Shown here: positions 10,430-20,594 of the stretch, in pieces
Layout of the letters: every line of letters begins with the position of its first letter
Position numbering within the stretch: position 1 is the first letter of the stretch
IMG/VR virus record: IMGVR_UViG_3300044797_000034
Location: 247 to 64,246 of that record
DNA length: 64,000 nt
Origin: a virus
Taxonomy: Duplodnaviria; Caudoviricetes
Strand: one strand, 5' to 3'
Notes under the pieces: model-generated
Seen by the model: the letters and a program-made list of their open reading frames with translations, nothing else
Databases searched by the model: none
What the model was told of the DNA's origin: nothing
Position numbers and translations under genes: made by a program

Positions 10430-10624
10430 TTATTTCTCAGTTATCTCGTAGAGAAAATCTAAGTCACTCTGACTAAGGTGTAAGTCGTAAAATACGAACG
10501 CTACCTGTAGAGCTGCAGCTCGGAACAAATCAGCCGTAGATACACGATCTGCCCGCTCAGTTACCTGAGCGAACAGATCGGCAATGAACATTTTATCATC
10601 GTCTGAGTAATCCCTATGAAACAT
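10430..10624 (-). CDS. small hypothetical protein
   Basis: 64-aa acidic ORF overlapping the polymerase stop and filling the gap to terL. Confidence 0.5.
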   Translation of the reverse strand: MFHRDYSDDDKMFIADLFAQVTERADRVSTADLFRAAALQVAFVFYDLHLSQSDLDFLYEITEK

Positions 10625-13600
10625 TCTCTCCGGCTCCCTCCATTAATAAATCGTGCAGTATTTCTTCTTCACTGATTACATCAGTTTCTGACTCATGTCT
10701 GAGACCCGCTAAGTAGGTGTTAATTGATGATAGTTCCCCGTAGGAGGGTCCGACGCCAATATCCCACTTAAACGCCACAGGAAGCCAAGGACAAAGCTTA
10801 GCTACCCGCTTTGTACCATACTCATTCATGAATTCAGGTAATTGGGAGACGTACTCTTTCTTTATCTGGAAACCTAAAGAGTCATGCACAGTCAATAGCA
10901 TACGTCCACCAAAGTCTGATTTTATCACAGGAGAAGCTTCGGTCAATACCCATAGTACGATATCACTAGAACTAGACTGAATCTTGAAATTCACGGCTTG
11001 ACGTTCAGCACGCGAAATCATTTCCTTAGGAGCGTTCTTCATAGAGAAACGTCGCTTACGGCCAAAATATGTTTCCACCATCCCGAATGTACGCAATTCC
11101 CATTTAGTATGTTCGATGAAAGACGGGATGGACGGGAACATCTTGAATAGCAGGTTTATAATCGCTTTAGCTTGCTCTACTTCAATACCTACAATTTCCG
11201 CTATCTTTCGACTACCAGCTCCGAAAAGAATACCGAATACAACACGTTTGACGTTATCACGATGCTTCTTCAGGCGCTTACCGTAATCACGCATATCCGC
11301 TGTTTCACCCGTTTCAGCGAACTTGTCTCTATTAACGAAATCAGAATAATTCCACGCGTGAGAATCATCTATGCCGATCTTGTCTAACAGACGCTTACGA
11401 TCTTCGCCTGTTAGACCATTCGCTACAACATCAGGATTCAATATTTTTGAACTGAAGAAGCTATGCGCGTCTAAGCCATCGTTCAAAGCTTTTATCAGCT
11501 CTTCGTCACGAGAGTAAGCCGCAAACACTGAAATTTCAGCGCCACGAGCATCAGCATTAGCAAGTATGAAAGTAGAGTCGTCCGGGATAAACATCTTTTT
11601 ACAGCTAACACCCTCGCGTTGTTCAGGGGTCGCAGTAGCATACCGGGGATCTTTCTTAGAGATACCGCCCATAGGGTTACCTGAGATGTTTTGCATGTTC
11701 AGGTCAGAACTAGAAAGTCGGCCCGTTGCAGTTCCGCTAAGGTGATAACTAGTATGCAAGAATCCGTCATATTGTGAGAGTATCAAGCCGTTAGTTAAAA
11801 ACGTATCCTTCGCTTTTGAAGCTTTACGTAACAACAATAGCGAATTGGCAAATTCACACTCATACGTATTAGACAGAACACCTAGTACCTTTTCCGTTGT
11901 TTGTATAGTTCCGTTAGACGTGTAACTGTTGCTCTTATACATGACCCGCTCACCGTTGAACTTCACACGGTCTGGATACTTTTCTGCCATCTTACGAGCA
12001 TGTTCTTTATCTGTCGGAATATACCCTTCACCGCTATCAAATAGGAATCTAGCTATCTGCCCGCCACTGCCTGTTTTGAATTCTTGCCCGGCTAGCTTAT
12101 AGAGCGTATTGGTTTCATTCAATACCACATGCTCAAGTTTGTCGATGGCCCGTTTGATATGATCACGGTCTACCTTTATGCCACGGTATTCCATGCTAGC
12201 CAATTCGATAGAACGTGGCATATAGTACGTCTTAACTAAGTTAGATACGGGATTAGGTATAGTACACAAAGGACGTACGTTAAAGCTGCCTCCGCCGTTA
12301 CGGTTGAGCATTTCCATTAATTTAGCAGTACGATTTTGCTCAGCTTTGTAAGAATTATCCTCAGTTAACATACGTGTATTTTGCTGTATAGCTAATTGCC
12401 GTGTTACGTCAGCATCAACTGCAGCATAGAAAAGCTGTACGCCCTTGCCTGCGGCGTCCCACAAAGGGATATTTTCGAATCCGCCACTATCCTTCTGCTT
12501 GTCCTTCTTGGGTGCCTTGGCCTTGAAGTAACTGGCATACTGTAGTACGACTTCAGCTGCAGTTAAAAACTTAACGTCAATATCAGACGGCGGGGCTTCG
12601 ATATAACTGTCCGCTTTAGTATCTTGCTGAAATACAGCCGCGTCCATTTGAAACTGTAATTCTTCGTCAGTCGCTACGTAACCATTGTGTAGTCTATCAT
12701 TAAGTTCAGCAGCCCTAGTTTGAATCTTAGTTACAGCCTTCAATGTCTTTTTAGTCGACATGTCCACGGGGTAAGTTAACCCTAGTCGATCAATCGTAGT
12801 ATGTAGAGGCGTCCGGCCTATCGTAATTTTTTCTTTCAATTCCGCTATTCTAGAGGCAAGTTTAGTTGGATTGAAGTTAGGCCTAATATCTGTCTCAGCA
12901 ATAGCCTTCTGAGCTACCTCTGGTACGCCAACGGCAACCTCAAGTTCCTTACTCTCTTTTTTAGCGCTGTCTAACTGTCGCTCCCCCTGCGCCTCAACCA
13001 GCATATTGTGTAGCTGGTCTTCGTATCCTGCATGCGTAGGCAAGAATTGCTTAACTAAGTACTTTAAGCCGTACTGGCCTTTCTTATCCTCTTCAAGAGC
13101 ATGCTCCGCTAACATTACGTCCCAGTAAACACGATTGACGTCAGTGCCCTTTTTCCAGAACACCTTTATATCGTACTTTACGTTAAAGAAGATCTTCTTC
13201 TTAGCGCAGTGCAATACGCGTAGTACATGAGGCCACGCTTCCTCAGGATCATAAGGAGTCTGAGCGTGCCACAACGGAATGGCACATGCTTTACCGGGCG
13301 CCCAAGCAATGGACACAATAGTCAGCTTCAAACCGTCTCTGTGAGGAAATAACGTATTCGTTTCGGTGTCGATAGATATAGCCCATTCTTCTGGAGCACA
13401 ATTAGGAGCAGCATAGTTGATAATGTCTTCACAAAGCTTGGCAACTTCTTCAATTGTCTTGGGGTATACATAACCAACCTCTAATTGTTCCTGTGTAAGA
13501 CGTACCACCGGTTTATTTATAGCCAGCCGAAACGCACGTTCTACGTCTGCTAGCAAGGACGAAAATTTACCAGGAGCGCCCACAATAGACCGCATACTGC

Positions 13601-14210
13601 GAGATGCTACTATCTTCACCGGAAGATCATTTAGCATTGTGTCATATACCTGTCCCATAACTTCGTTTTCAGATGGAGCTGCTATCCCTAACGCCCGTAG
13701 CGCGGCAGTACCGTGGGCCACTATTACAAGTGGCCCTTTATTACCAGCAGCTGCCCGCGCGGTAGCGATACCCTCAATCTCACCCAAAAGATGACTGTGA
13801 CACGACTCAATCATCTTTTTAGTGGCAGAATCAGCAGCGCAACGTACGGCATACGTATAACGACATTCAATGCGCGAGTAAGTAATATCACGTTGTAATT
13901 GTGTGACGGCAGACATGACAATCTTGCCGGCAGTATCAGAGAACGTTATGTGCTCCGGTTCTCTATCAGAACGTACAAGTGTTAATCGAGGAACTAGGGG
14001 TGCATCTCCTACAAAAAGAATATCACAATTTTCATGTCCTAGTGGGTTAGGAAAGTAGTGTTTATCTTTGAAAGCAGGGCAGCTTCTACAAGCTGCCGTA
14101 CCCAATTTGCTCTCATGTCTACTGCAAATTCCACAAGAAAAGTCTGGGGGAGGCTCAGGGAAGGTTGTCGTCGGCATTTGTTTTGGTACGTCTTTCAGGT
14201 ACCCCGTCAT
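10614..14210 (-). CDS. polA: family A DNA polymerase with N-terminal UDG family 4-like domain and 3'-5' exonuclease
   Basis: Cys cluster plus ILFVGDAP; exonuclease motifs SIDTET, FNVKYD, YAAVDAD; polymerase motifs TATGRLSS, NMQN, DARGAE, KRVVFGILFG, NFKIQS, VHDS. Start could be the ATG at 14177. Confidence 0.93.
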   Translation of the reverse strand: MTGYLKDVPKQMPTTTFPEPPPDFSCGICSRHESKLGTAACRSCPAFKDKHYFPNPLGHENCDILFVGDAPLVPRLTLVRSDREPEHITFSDTAGKIVMSAVTQLQRDITYSRIECRYTYAVRCAADSATKKMIESCHSHLLGEIEGIATARAAAGNKGPLVIVAHGTAALRALGIAAPSENEVMGQVYDTMLNDLPVKIVASRSMRSIVGAPGKFSSLLADVERAFRLAINKPVVRLTQEQLEVGYVYPKTIEEVAKLCEDIINYAAPNCAPEEWAISIDTETNTLFPHRDGLKLTIVSIAWAPGKACAIPLWHAQTPYDPEEAWPHVLRVLHCAKKKIFFNVKYDIKVFWKKGTDVNRVYWDVMLAEHALEEDKKGQYGLKYLVKQFLPTHAGYEDQLHNMLVEAQGERQLDSAKKESKELEVAVGVPEVAQKAIAETDIRPNFNPTKLASRIAELKEKITIGRTPLHTTIDRLGLTYPVDMSTKKTLKAVTKIQTRAAELNDRLHNGYVATDEELQFQMDAAVFQQDTKADSYIEAPPSDIDVKFLTAAEVVLQYASYFKAKAPKKDKQKDSGGFENIPLWDAAGKGVQLFYAAVDADVTRQLAIQQNTRMLTEDNSYKAEQNRTAKLMEMLNRNGGGSFNVRPLCTIPNPVSNLVKTYYMPRSIELASMEYRGIKVDRDHIKRAIDKLEHVVLNETNTLYKLAGQEFKTGSGGQIARFLFDSGEGYIPTDKEHARKMAEKYPDRVKFNGERVMYKSNSYTSNGTIQTTEKVLGVLSNTYECEFANSLLLLRKASKAKDTFLTNGLILSQYDGFLHTSYHLSGTATGRLSSSDLNMQNISGNPMGGISKKDPRYATATPEQREGVSCKKMFIPDDSTFILANADARGAEISVFAAYSRDEELIKALNDGLDAHSFFSSKILNPDVVANGLTGEDRKRLLDKIGIDDSHAWNYSDFVNRDKFAETGETADMRDYGKRLKKHRDNVKRVVFGILFGAGSRKIAEIVGIEVEQAKAIINLLFKMFPSIPSFIEHTKWELRTFGMVETYFGRKRRFSMKNAPKEMISRAERQAVNFKIQSSSSDIVLWVLTEASPVIKSDFGGRMLLTVHDSLGFQIKKEYVSQLPEFMNEYGTKRVAKLCPWLPVAFKWDIGVGPSYGELSSINTYLAGLRHESETDVISEEEILHDLLMEGAGENVS

Positions 14211-17200
14211 CTGCAGTAGCTTCTATAGCTGATTGCGCCACTGCTACAGTAGATGGAGTACGGTTTAGGTTTGCATCGTTCAAGAATTCTTCGAGATTCA
14301 ATACAGAGACGTCAGATTTTTTTACACCATGGATTAGGCCTTGGACGTGGGGCCATACGCCTAGTTTCTCATAATCATCAGTGCGAATAGAACGGGGATA
14401 TCGGTCAAAACTTTCCTTCAATGTTCTATGGGGCACATTGGCATATGCAGGCCATGGGTGCAGTAAAGACGTCTGTGCCGTGATCCAATGTATTACACCG
14501 ATCTTCAGTTCTGGCAAGAAGTAAAAGCCACAACCACTACGATTTATCTCACTCCATGTTGACACATCGGCTAGAAGGGTAGTTATAGAAACACGAGCAC
14601 CGCCTCTACCACCATCATTAACGAGTACGTTACTTGTAAACATTACATGGTCGTATAGAAGTTGGCTGGTGGTTTCCTTTGAAACAGCATCAAACTTCTG
14701 CTTCCGTGCAGTGCAACAATCACGTATAAACGCGCGCCAATCATCTCCTATTAAAGCTGCTATAGTAGCTGCAGGTACGAAATTCCGAAGCGTTCTATTG
14801 TCTACGTTAAAAGGTACCACTTTGTTGGTAAGTAATTCGCGTTCGATTTCTTTGCTTAAATGCCGTAGTCTGGGTATGTAACGTAGAAGACCAAGAGTTA
14901 CCGCTCGTCTAATTACGTGGTACTGTTCAATTTGCATATTGCCGAGGATTCCTTGCTTTACGTCAGCATGGCCCTCGATCTTATCCATTTCAATTTCGTA
15001 ACGTCGGTTAGAGTCTTGGGCTTTAGAGGGAGATTTGATCGCCGCTGTGAAAATGAATGAACGGAGATTATATGACCGTACAGTACCCTCTTTAGTAGCA
15101 CGAGTAATAGCAGTAGGTTCATCGTTGATAATTTGTCGAAGCATGTCATTGATATCAGCGACTTGCTTTGCCTTATGTGTGGTGTCGCGTTCATCTTCAT
15201 ATTCGTCGAAGGCAATAGCGAGCGTAGTATTGTTACACTTTTGGTAAACAGATGCCTGTGTGAAGTTAGAAAAAGAAACGCTTTGCTCAAGTAACTGTAG
15301 TGCCTTGGATGAATGTCCTGCAAAGACATTCAAGATAGTCGTCTTACCAGAGTGAGTATCGCCCAAGAATGACACTAGAACCATTGACTGAAAGGCACGC
15401 GATACGCCGGCTGCGAATAAGTGGTAAGACAAAAACTGGGCGTCTAAGCGTTGGTGCTTGAAATTCCAATGGGTATTGAAGAGATCATATATAGTACGTA
15501 CCGACGCTGTGATATCAATGTCATTGCCATCGTTCAGATCCGCTACAGAACGAATCTCCCTTGACCAAGATTCAACAGGAGATTCGAACCCTACGTTAAA
15601 TAAGAAATTACCGTCGGACGGTCCTGGTAATTTCTTCCATACGGCCGGAGGAGCCTTCTCAATGAGTTCTATCTCCGGTTCATACTCACATTTATAGACT
15701 GACGGACCGTTGACTATGTAGACAACGGTTCTGTCTGATGAGTCTTGTATTACGTGTACGCCTTGACCAAGTTCCGTGCAAAATTTTCTGTCCATTATTC
15801 CCTCGTATAGATGTTGTAGTGCGATCTTTAGGTAGCCACAAATGTCTTTGTAAGTGTTCTTGATTGTCTGTAATACCGGGCTGTCTTCCATACCTTCCGG
15901 TGGAGCAAGAAAGCCAGGTAGACCAATAGATGATTGAAAAAATTCATATATAGGACCGTATATACCGGCCAACTGAATAGCCGCTGCCTCACCATCATGC
16001 ATCGGCAGTTTTACGACACGATCCTTCTCTCGACTGAAAAGCAATAGATACGAGTTACGATTATCCTCTTCTTTACAGACAATATGACAGTCGCGCTTCA
16101 GGGTCTCAGCTATACGAAGAATAAATGATTCCTCTGTATCCTGACGCTTGAGAATCTCCTGCTGAACTACACCTGAGTTGATATCGAATGCTTTAGAAAT
16201 GTCCTTGATGTACTGTTGTTGTAATGCTGGATGCCGTACATACTTACCAAAATCACTGGCAATGCGTGTTTTCTCACGTACGTCCGTTTGATCATCAAGT
16301 AAGTGGTACGCAGCCATAGCGTATTCACGTGCCCACGTATCTATAGTAACTAAATTAGCTGGAGTCTCTATTACGGCTTTGTATACCGCATCAAAGCCTT
16401 GTACTTGAATAGCGTCGTCTGGATCTTTAACGCCTACTGTACGCAGTATCGGCCATGCGTTGAAGATACGTACGTCTAATTCAAAGGCGGTCGCCAAACG
16501 ACCCTTGATGTAATCGTTACCGTTACCTGTAAGTGGATCATCGGCAAATAAAATGATCTTGTTGAAACCGGCGCTGACCAGGTCATCAAGATCATTTTTA
16601 GAGCCTCCTGTAGCCATGACAAGAGGTTCTGTTCGTCCCGCGTGGACAAGTCCTTCCAGGAATGAAATGCAGTCATTTTCACCTTCGACAACTACAGGCG
16701 TCATACTACGAAGATCACCAGCACTATACAACGAGAAAGGACGATACAAACCAAAGAATCCTACGCGCTCGTTGTCGTCGAACGCTTCAGTAACAAAAAT
16801 GTCCTTATGGCCGTGCGGCTTTCGAAGGACTATACGGCCTGGGATGTTATGAGAGTGCCCACTAAAAAAGCACACGGAGTACACCCAAGAAATATCGATC
16901 CTATCTATGATCTCGTGAGCGCGTCTTGAAACTGCTTCAGCGCGTGTACTAGGAATCATCATACGGCCAGCAATACGATTACGTTCAAGTAGTTCTGCAA
17001 GGCGATTGCTAACTAGATGCTTAAGAACATTGGGAGACGGTAACACGCCATAAGGAAATTTGTTAACTAAGCCAGGGTCATGCTTACGTTCCTCGAATAG
17101 CCATACGAGCGTAGGCGTTACACTTTCTAGTACGCTGGTACTATAGTTCGTAGGGTCGCTTGTCTCACCGGACTTCCAATAAAGGATCATGTCCTGCAAA

Positions 17201-17616
17201 AATTTGTTACAGGCAGCCATAAGAATAGACATGGCCATTCGGTGAGTGTCTAGCTTATCTAACTGCTCAGATTGCTTACCGTTGAATATACGAACGTTAG
17301 TTTGATCCTGTACGGCCTTAGCACTGTCTGAGTAAGACCATCCTAGTGCATCCTGTAGGAACTGTAGGAGATCTCTTTCATGATAAAGACAACCGTAGCA
17401 GTGTATAGTGTTACTGATTACATCGAAATCAAGAGAAGGCGTGGAGTCGCCATGAATCGGGCAGCACATGCGGATTGCAGTGTTACCACGAGACTTTGGG
17501 TTCTGAGTTGTAAAATGACGTTGTAGAAAAGTTAGAAGTGATGGTTGTCCAATGAGCGATAATAATTTTGTAGTTTGTGCACGTGATGCGCCTTCGTTTG
17601 ATTTCTTCTTAGCCAT
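14155..17616 (-). CDS. DNA primase-helicase fusion (CHC2 Zn finger, TOPRIM, P-loop ATPase)
   Basis: CPIH...CYGC; VVVEGEND, FADD, KDPDD; GDTHSGKT and AFDE. Confidence 0.85.
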   Translation of the reverse strand: MAKKKSNEGASRAQTTKLLSLIGQPSLLTFLQRHFTTQNPKSRGNTAIRMCCPIHGDSTPSLDFDVISNTIHCYGCLYHERDLLQFLQDALGWSYSDSAKAVQDQTNVRIFNGKQSEQLDKLDTHRMAMSILMAACNKFLQDMILYWKSGETSDPTNYSTSVLESVTPTLVWLFEERKHDPGLVNKFPYGVLPSPNVLKHLVSNRLAELLERNRIAGRMMIPSTRAEAVSRRAHEIIDRIDISWVYSVCFFSGHSHNIPGRIVLRKPHGHKDIFVTEAFDDNERVGFFGLYRPFSLYSAGDLRSMTPVVVEGENDCISFLEGLVHAGRTEPLVMATGGSKNDLDDLVSAGFNKIILFADDPLTGNGNDYIKGRLATAFELDVRIFNAWPILRTVGVKDPDDAIQVQGFDAVYKAVIETPANLVTIDTWAREYAMAAYHLLDDQTDVREKTRIASDFGKYVRHPALQQQYIKDISKAFDINSGVVQQEILKRQDTEESFILRIAETLKRDCHIVCKEEDNRNSYLLLFSREKDRVVKLPMHDGEAAAIQLAGIYGPIYEFFQSSIGLPGFLAPPEGMEDSPVLQTIKNTYKDICGYLKIALQHLYEGIMDRKFCTELGQGVHVIQDSSDRTVVYIVNGPSVYKCEYEPEIELIEKAPPAVWKKLPGPSDGNFLFNVGFESPVESWSREIRSVADLNDGNDIDITASVRTIYDLFNTHWNFKHQRLDAQFLSYHLFAAGVSRAFQSMVLVSFLGDTHSGKTTILNVFAGHSSKALQLLEQSVSFSNFTQASVYQKCNNTTLAIAFDEYEDERDTTHKAKQVADINDMLRQIINDEPTAITRATKEGTVRSYNLRSFIFTAAIKSPSKAQDSNRRYEIEMDKIEGHADVKQGILGNMQIEQYHVIRRAVTLGLLRYIPRLRHLSKEIERELLTNKVVPFNVDNRTLRNFVPAATIAALIGDDWRAFIRDCCTARKQKFDAVSKETTSQLLYDHVMFTSNVLVNDGGRGGARVSITTLLADVSTWSEINRSGCGFYFLPELKIGVIHWITAQTSLLHPWPAYANVPHRTLKESFDRYPRSIRTDDYEKLGVWPHVQGLIHGVKKSDVSVLNLEEFLNDANLNRTPSTVAVAQSAIEATADDGVPERRTKTNADDNLP

Positions 17617-17625
17617 TGGGTGGAT

Positions 17626-18480
17626 CTAGAGGTTAGTACTCGTCGGAGCAATTGGCAAGCGTTTCTTCTTTTTTAGATACGAAATTCCTTCGTCGCAATC
17701 AGGGTCCTTCAGGTAGCTACACCAGCTGCAAAGCACACTAGGGATAGCGGGTGCTATACCTGCCTCTACTTGCTCTAAACGACCAGTGAGACTGTTCAAA
17801 TGTTTCACCATCCACGGACGTAGTTCACTTTGAATCTTGTCCCGCGAAATGACTTGCATTCTAGACAATTCAGGTTCGCCTACATAATGGATTATACACT
17901 GCACGCCTTTTATATCTGAGTTAACCTCAGATAATACGGCATACGTATACATCTGTGAGTAGTGGAAACTTATGTCCTTTGGCTTCCCGGTCTTGTGATC
18001 AAAGGCAAGTAAGATGTTGTCATTGGTCAACACACTTAGGTCTACAATGCCCCGCATGAAGGCATTCGGAGATTTGTAATCGCACGGAGTGAAATTAGAC
18101 AACATTGCCAGCTTATTTTCAACCAGCAATTGTTTTACGCCGTGCTTTAACTTGAAGCTGCGTATACGTTCGATAAACGATACACAGCCAACCATGAACG
18201 TTGTTGCCTCCAAGAAATCTTCCTGTAGCAAGCTGTCTTTATTAGCGGCTTCTTCCAACCGAGCTAAAAGAAACGGCTCATCACAATTATCATTCAACAG
18301 CCCGCGCTCTAATACATAATGAACCGCGGTCCCCACCTTACCTGTCTTAGCTGAAATCCCTTTTTCTGCCTTGTCTATATATTGACGTACGTAGTTACGA
18401 GGACAGCGCTCTAATGTACCAGCTTTGCTAGTAGACCAAGGCGCGTACTTTAGTACGATCTCAGAAAAGAATTCAGTCAT
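17626..18480 (-). CDS. PD-(D/E)XK Cas4/RecB-like nuclease
   Basis: WSxSK...CP, GTAVH, GIVDL, DHKTG, QMYTY and C-terminal CSWC...C. Confidence 0.85.
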   Translation of the reverse strand: MTEFFSEIVLKYAPWSTSKAGTLERCPRNYVRQYIDKAEKGISAKTGKVGTAVHYVLERGLLNDNCDEPFLLARLEEAANKDSLLQEDFLEATTFMVGCVSFIERIRSFKLKHGVKQLLVENKLAMLSNFTPCDYKSPNAFMRGIVDLSVLTNDNILLAFDHKTGKPKDISFHYSQMYTYAVLSEVNSDIKGVQCIIHYVGEPELSRMQVISRDKIQSELRPWMVKHLNSLTGRLEQVEAGIAPAIPSVLCSWCSYLKDPDCDEGISYLKKKKRLPIAPTSTNL

Positions 18481-19354
18481 TTGAATGCCTTTTTATATAG
18501 TCAGCTATCATTTCGTGGTCCTCCGCCGTCCCTGTATGTTTTACAGTGTTACAGCCATTACATATAACACTTATATTACCGGAGACGTATCCTTTTTCTG
18601 GAAGTCGCTTATCCAATGACGGCGACGCCATTACATCTTTGTGCCCGTTTCCTGTAACGTAATTGATTACATTATTACAGCAAGGACAGCGCATTGGCAA
18701 TGCAAGGACCAACGATTTACAAGCCAATTTATCAAATGGTAATTTGTAGAGCGTTGCCCTACGTTTAGCAGCACTAACGGCCCCATTTAACCTATTTAGT
18801 GGGACTGTATGGTTAAGCTCAAAGCTTATTGGTGACCCTGTTCGTATGTATGAGGCTATTCCTAAATGTATCATCGCTCCACCAATAGACTTTATAGTAT
18901 TACACCGGTTACACACAATTGCTACGTTATAGGGGATATAACCTTTATTGTTGTCAATTCTATCTAGTGTTGGAGACAGATCGCGTACATACTTGTACCC
19001 TACTGTATAATCTAGTTCTCTATTGCAACAGGCGCAAAGCAAATAGTTACTTAAGATCAATAGTTCGTATATTGTATCGTCAAAAGCGAGTTTCTTTTTT
19101 AGTGCGCGTCGTCTCGCATGCGATACCATCTTGCTAATTCTATTAACAGGTAGTTGTAGTCTATTCTGCGCTCTATTGCATATATCTTTTCTATGTGTTT
19201 CTCTGTAATGCTTCTGATACGATGCCATAGCTAATAGCATTTTCTTAGAATTACGAGCATAATAGAATCGCATATATGCGGCTTTATATGCTCGTTTTTC
19301 GAATAACGTTAGAAACATAGTATTGACTATTGCGGTGCCACTAATTCTATTCAT
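18473..19354 (-). CDS. HNH-like endonuclease family protein with two tandem domains
   Basis: Two A(R/K)RRA...FD...CxCC...SPxLD(R/K)...GY...N...CNxCN repeats; AT-rich; start uncertain. Confidence 0.75.
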   Translation of the reverse strand: MNRISGTAIVNTMFLTLFEKRAYKAAYMRFYYARNSKKMLLAMASYQKHYRETHRKDICNRAQNRLQLPVNRISKMVSHARRRALKKKLAFDDTIYELLILSNYLLCACCNRELDYTVGYKYVRDLSPTLDRIDNNKGYIPYNVAIVCNRCNTIKSIGGAMIHLGIASYIRTGSPISFELNHTVPLNRLNGAVSAAKRRATLYKLPFDKLACKSLVLALPMRCPCCNNVINYVTGNGHKDVMASPSLDKRLPEKGYVSGNISVICNGCNTVKHTGTAEDHEMIADYIKRHSND

Positions 19355-19393
19355 GAATTAGTTTATGTCTGGCTAACACCGCTATAGATTTTC

Positions 19394-20554
19394 TCACAGA
19401 TTGGAAGCGGGGTCTTGATCTAGCGCTTTATTGACATCATCTAGATTAGCTACGTTTTCTTCACCACCGGCTTCAACAGCCTTTGAACGCGAGTACGCAG
19501 TTGCAAGAGAAGGAAAATATACAGCAGATTCGATCTTACGTGCAAACAACTCTAGTACCTTGCGCGCTGCAGGAGATGTCGGAATACCCGCAGGATTATC
19601 ACGATCGACGGCTACAGCTGACTTCCATACCTGATAAGTATTTATTCCCTTGGTAACAGATAACGTTTCAAACACAAACAAACGATCCCACATGGTGTTC
19701 CACCCACCCTCAATACGAGTGCGAATAGGTTTTACACCAGTAGCATTGGATGCTGTGCTCATTGTCAGCTTGTACAGAGAGCTAAACGGTTTGATATCTC
19801 CGTTCGGGTCCATACGCATTACGTATACATCAGTATTGTCCTTACACTGGCTTCGCCATTGTACGGAAGGACTGTTCGGACGGAAGTTACAACGTTCACA
19901 ATCACCGAAACGCGAACCAACCTTACGGTCCATGCTTGTACATAGAGGCTGATTCTTCTGCGGAGGACCCCCCTTCAGACCAGGCATGGGAATAGGTTCC
20001 CCGCTTTCGTCCTTAGGTGCCCATAGAATGCGCGTTTCATGTATTCCAACTACAGCACCATAAATGCGCTCCACTACGCCTAATGCAAGAGCACTTTGGC
20101 CCGGAGCTGTGACTAGATTTCCATCTGAGTCATACGAACAGCCTGCCTTAGAGTTGACGGGCTTCTTATCTTCCTTACCCTTACCTTGATCCAAGCTCAG
20201 AGTAGGAATACGGAAGTCAGTTGTAGCTACGTGATAGCCAATTTTACGGGTATAGTTTTTCTCTACCCAAGTACGAAATCCTTCTTTAGAACGAACATCC
20301 AATGCCTGCGAAGCAGTATTGAAATCGTTGAAATCGGGGTTGCTCAAGTCTTGAATGGCAGGGTGATACTCCTGCGGCAATACTTCTAAATACTTGCGGC
20401 CAACGAATTCATCTGTCACACTATCTTGTGCAGTCACAGATAAACTGGTCTCGTCATTTACGACCACTACTTCGGGTTCTGTTGTCACGGCTACTGTTTC
20501 CATTGGTGCTTTTGTTTCTGGTTGGGTATTTGGTTTATTGTGATGTTTACTCAT
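19394..20554 (-). CDS. putative ssDNA-binding or recombination protein
   Basis: 386 aa in the replication block; C-S-x-D...G...C-x-x-C...C pattern; acidic C-terminus. Confidence 0.45.
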   Translation of the reverse strand: MSKHHNKPNTQPETKAPMETVAVTTEPEVVVVNDETSLSVTAQDSVTDEFVGRKYLEVLPQEYHPAIQDLSNPDFNDFNTASQALDVRSKEGFRTWVEKNYTRKIGYHVATTDFRIPTLSLDQGKGKEDKKPVNSKAGCSYDSDGNLVTAPGQSALALGVVERIYGAVVGIHETRILWAPKDESGEPIPMPGLKGGPPQKNQPLCTSMDRKVGSRFGDCERCNFRPNSPSVQWRSQCKDNTDVYVMRMDPNGDIKPFSSLYKLTMSTASNATGVKPIRTRIEGGWNTMWDRLFVFETLSVTKGINTYQVWKSAVAVDRDNPAGIPTSPAARKVLELFARKIESAVYFPSLATAYSRSKAVEAGGEENVANLDDVNKALDQDPASNL

Positions 20555-20594
20555 TGTTTTTGTACCTTTTCTCTTTCGAGAGGTGAATGTAATT

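Noticed and set aside
12480-12990. Intein in the polymerase (or in NrdJ)
   Set aside because: The insertions lack an N-terminal C/S splice motif, a C-terminal HN-C/S/T junction and LAGLIDADG blocks.
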